From the NCBI RefSeq assembly GCF_964355755.1, contig NC_092680.1:9610001-9674000 (forward strand): a stretch of 64,000 bases of DNA. The letters run 5' to 3'. This DNA comes from Antedon mediterranea (Eukaryota; Animalia; Echinodermata). A model generated the notes under the pieces. It was not told the DNA's origin, made no database searches, and saw nothing but the letters and a program-made list of their open reading frames with translations. Every line of letters starts with the position of its first letter. The stretch's first letter is position 1. Both the position numbers and the translations under genes were made by a program. Of the stretch, positions 60,361 through 64,000 are shown piece by piece.

Positions 60361-62612
60361 CACACCACAGCGTTATGTAGTTATATGCGGCTTCTTAATT
60401 AAACAAATTAATTAACAAAAAAGCACGAATGTGCGATACTCGGGGTACAGCAAATGAAGCTGTAACGACGTCATAAGACGGGATGTGACGTCACATACAA
60501 ATCAATAACCTACCAAATACGGCTCTATGGTAGGCCTACCATCTTCGAGACTTCATGTGGCTGCATCCGGTTTGAAATTTAAAAATCCGGCTCTATAGAT
60601 TTTAGGACATGTCCCTGTAGTATATTCATGCCAAATCCCAGCTCAAAACTACAACTAATAAGGGAGGAGTAGTACTAATCGCACTTTTTACTCAATAGTG
60701 TCCAGATGGACGAAGAGAAGATGAGTAAGTCCTAGACTCGGGTACCCCGAGTAAAAATCATTTTACTGTTGTTAGTATAGTATACAATTTAATTAAGCCT
60801 AGGTAAAGTACCAGCAACGTATCATTTTTATACTTATCAATTTTTATCCTTAATACATAATTATCTTCCCTTATTACATATATTCGATCAAGTAAATATT
60901 ATTTCTATTTTAGAGAAAAAAAAACGTTATGTACATTTTATTGGTATATAAGATTGTTTGAATTAAGAAATCCATGTTTTAGGCACAAAAAAAACCTACA
61001 GGAGGGCTGGGGTCGAATTACTCGTAGATTTCGTGCTACGTGTTTTTGCTGACCATCCCCTTTTATAAACAAGAAATTTTCTTACAAAAAACGCTGCTCT
61101 ACATTTTAAAATTAATCATTGTTCTTTATATAGATATATTTATGATTAATTATTAAAAAAAGATGTCGCAATCGCGGTCTGTTGATTCGCGTAAACCAAT
61201 CAACCGTAAGCCCAAATAGACTCTCTTTTCCCAGACCTTTTTTTGGGTCCAGCAGCTGGGATCTATACATTATATTCGATTTTACAAAGTCGCAAAACTG
61301 TCGGCCTTAGATACTATAACTGCTGCTTGCTTTAGCTTATGAATGAGTAGTCCTCATGGGACGTAGCTGGCTAAAGCATCAGCGTAAAAAAAAAACACAC
61401 ATTAGGGTGTCAAATAGGCAACTCAGTAATGACGTATGGATCGTTTTTTCTATATACTTTTTAATAAATAATTCAGTAAAATGATGATACACAGTTTGTT
61501 TAGGCGATAAAACAGCTACGTGTTTTTGCTGACTGGGGATTTGGTAATTACTGTTCATGCAGAAATAAGAAAAGTATAATAAGCATACAATATGGAATAT
61601 AGTGAACAAATCAAAACATTAAAACTAGTTAAATTAATGTATTACAGTATTTAAATGTCGGAAATTAATTTTGATATTTTATAAATTATTTACCAGTATT
61701 AATAATCCATTATTTATATCGATAACAACTTAGGACATTCTTTCTGTGCCGCGCCTATCGATCTAATCTTTTTGCTGTTTTACGATAGCCTACTACAGTG
61801 TATACGATCCATACTTACGTACCCTCACTGTCAAACAGATACCGGATACTTTTGTTACGTTTGGGAAACAAATACAATTGAAAAAAGGGACATATTGTGG
61901 TTATGAGCCTCGTTTGGGGTATGTATAATAATATGCAGAAATAAATGGCTCTTATAAATACTTGTTATTTATCAGCTACTTGTGAAAGATTACGGTAAGA
62001 CACTATAGTCTAATTCATGGAGGAAGGTATACCTCCATGCCTAAATTAAGCCTTAATATACGTTCCAACTGTTAGACGCTTTCGCCGGCAGGATTGCCCG
62101 CTTTTCGATTAAAAACAATCCGACTGATACGTAGCTCTACACCAGTTTTATTTAAAAATGTATAGGGCCTAGCTTTCATTTTATATAGAAAAAAACTTCA
62201 CCATATACATAAAATGGGTATCCCGGATTTTTTAGTTTTAGCGGCAACGCGTGTATGGCACCCGTGCAGCTCAATACGGCCGTTTCCGCAGCCAAAACAA
62301 AATATCGGTTAATTTTTCAACCAATAAAAGTGCGCATTTATCCGATAATTATCTGATTTGAATGAGAAAAAAGGATCGCATGTTGATTGCAATTTAATAT
62401 GAAGTGTGCAAAGAGAAGACCACATTATATATATAAAAAAATAGGCCTACTTTTTTTTTCATACTCATCCAACAGCGAGTAACCCGCCAATTACAGGATG
62501 GATAAACTATTTAAAATTTCACAAGACAAGCATATACACAAGATGCTCTACATAAACAAAGACTTATTATTAAGTCTTTGGGAGTGGAGTTGTAAATTGT
62601 CATGAGAAAAAA

Positions 62613-62690
62613 ACCCTGACATATGACAGGACTTGAACCCAGGACCCTGAGATTGGTAGCCAAGCATCATAACCACCAAGCCACAGCTCC
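62613..62690 (-). mobile_element. tRNA-derived SINE-like head
   Basis: Minus strand A box TGGCTTGGTGG, B box GGTTCAAGTCC, followed by a T run. Confidence 0.55.
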
Positions 62691-63146
62691 ACTCCTAGTA
62701 AATGTTTAGCGTCGGATTTTTAGCCCGCCTTTGTTTTTTTAAACAAATATTATGACGAAATGCGTCCGACAATGACAAAGAAAAATGCCATCAGATATGT
62801 ACGGTTATCGTTATCGCCGGTTTCAAAGATCATTTGTGTGTACTAAGGTATTAAAACCAAGGCACTAGTGTTTAATGAGCCTTGTAACACTCATCCTAGG
62901 GCATTTTGTTTGGAAATTATAAATGAAACTTCTCTTATATCGCAAAGCTATCATTTTTTTTTCAGTCAAGGGTGATCGATCCATACCAAAATATTTTGAA
63001 AAAAATAAGTAGGTCAAGTGTTATAACGATCGTAAAGTCAATTAATTATTCGCCGTAGAGGGCGTAGATGCAAAAAAGTAGCGGAACTGGGATGGCAAAT
63101 GGTAAAGTAGGTCAAGGGTCATCGATCCATACCAAAATATTTAAAA

Positions 63147-63917
63147 AACAAGGCCAACAGCCATTAAGTCGCGTGCTACAATGCATAGTGATACCGGACC
63201 GACAGACAGACCGACAGACCGACAGACAGACAGACAGACATACCGACCGACCGACATAGTGAACTATACTGACCGAAATTACTGAACATGTTTAAAAATG
63301 TTGAAATGTTTAGAAACATTTATATTTTTTTAATTTACACGTGCGTAGCCTGTCACTTTTGACGTGCTCGTATAACGTAATTTCGAGTTGAAAAGTAAGT
63401 CAAGAAAACAGAAATCGGGCAAAAAGAGTGCGCAATAACATTTAATGCGCAGTGCGCGCGCAAAAATATACGCACCCATGGCAATTTTGTAAACGCTTAA
63501 AAGTGCCTGAAACGTACTCTTATTTCATCGAAAATAAATTTTGAAAATTTTAAGCGCGCGTACGCATGCGTTACATGCGCTACGCACGTAATTGTATTGC
63601 CATATGATGATTTATGCCCTGAAATTTATGAGTACCAAACTTTATTTAATTGTGATTCATGGTTGTGAAGATATGATTACAAACGTGATTTCGTTAAATC
63701 GTGCGTAGACCGCGTAATTTTTTATTGCGTACCGTGAAAACATAACCACATTGATTCCTGGCCATAAGGAATATTCTGTGAAAAATTGACCTAGCTAGAT
63801 TAAACTGATATCAAGATAAGGTCAGAAAGCGATAAAACGCATAGTGATACCGGACCGACAGACCGACAGACAGACCGACCAACCGACCGACATAGTGAAC
63901 TATAGAGTCGCTAAAAA
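63147..63917 (-). mobile_element. HINE copy of the same family as 34940-35663
   Basis: Long reverse-complement match to 34940-35600, with a partial internal duplication near 63184-63270. Confidence 0.82.
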
Positions 63918-64000
63918 TTAAGTAGGTAAAGTGTTATAACGTTCGTAAGCTAGTTACTTATTCACCGTAGAGGGCGTAAATTCATAAAATGTTATTGAAC

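Larger units (their letters stand above)
58104..60757 (-). mobile_element. Array of ~340-450-bp HINE-like elements (~58104-58551, 59338-59677, 59677-60012, 60416-60757) interleaved with tRNA-derived units
   Basis: Each copy runs from AAGCACGAATGTGC(G/A)ATACTCGG to CCTAGACTCGGGTACCCCGAGTAA: terminal hairpins, sub-TIRs and T-rich flanks on the minus strand. Confidence 0.75.

Overview
AT-rich eukaryotic (animal) genomic DNA with GT-AG introns, probably a marine invertebrate; an echinoderm-like deuterostome is an inference from the animal-type PKS and the TE families present. More than half of the window is transposable elements, often nested with readable target-site duplications (TSDs): a BEL/Pao LTR element split by an intact CR1/L2-group LINE; a Helitron; a Tx1/L1 remnant; a Gypsy LTR carrying three stacked MITEs; a Gmr1-order (INT-RT-RH) Gypsy element split by a 2A-bearing RTEX-like LINE and a palindromic Penelope element with hammerhead ribozymes; a Merlin-like element with ~830-bp TIRs; and several Helentron/HINE arrays. 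Four host genes could be spliced by hand: a KS-AT polyketide-synthase-like gene, a 263-aa orphan with a C-terminal membrane anchor, MTHFS, and an SLC16/MCT-type transporter. The most unusual item is the PKS-like gene. Its ketosynthase has lost all three catalytic residues through a point change and in-frame deletions, yet ~800 codons, the splice sites and the acyltransferase Ser-His dyad are intact, and it stops right after the post-AT linker.
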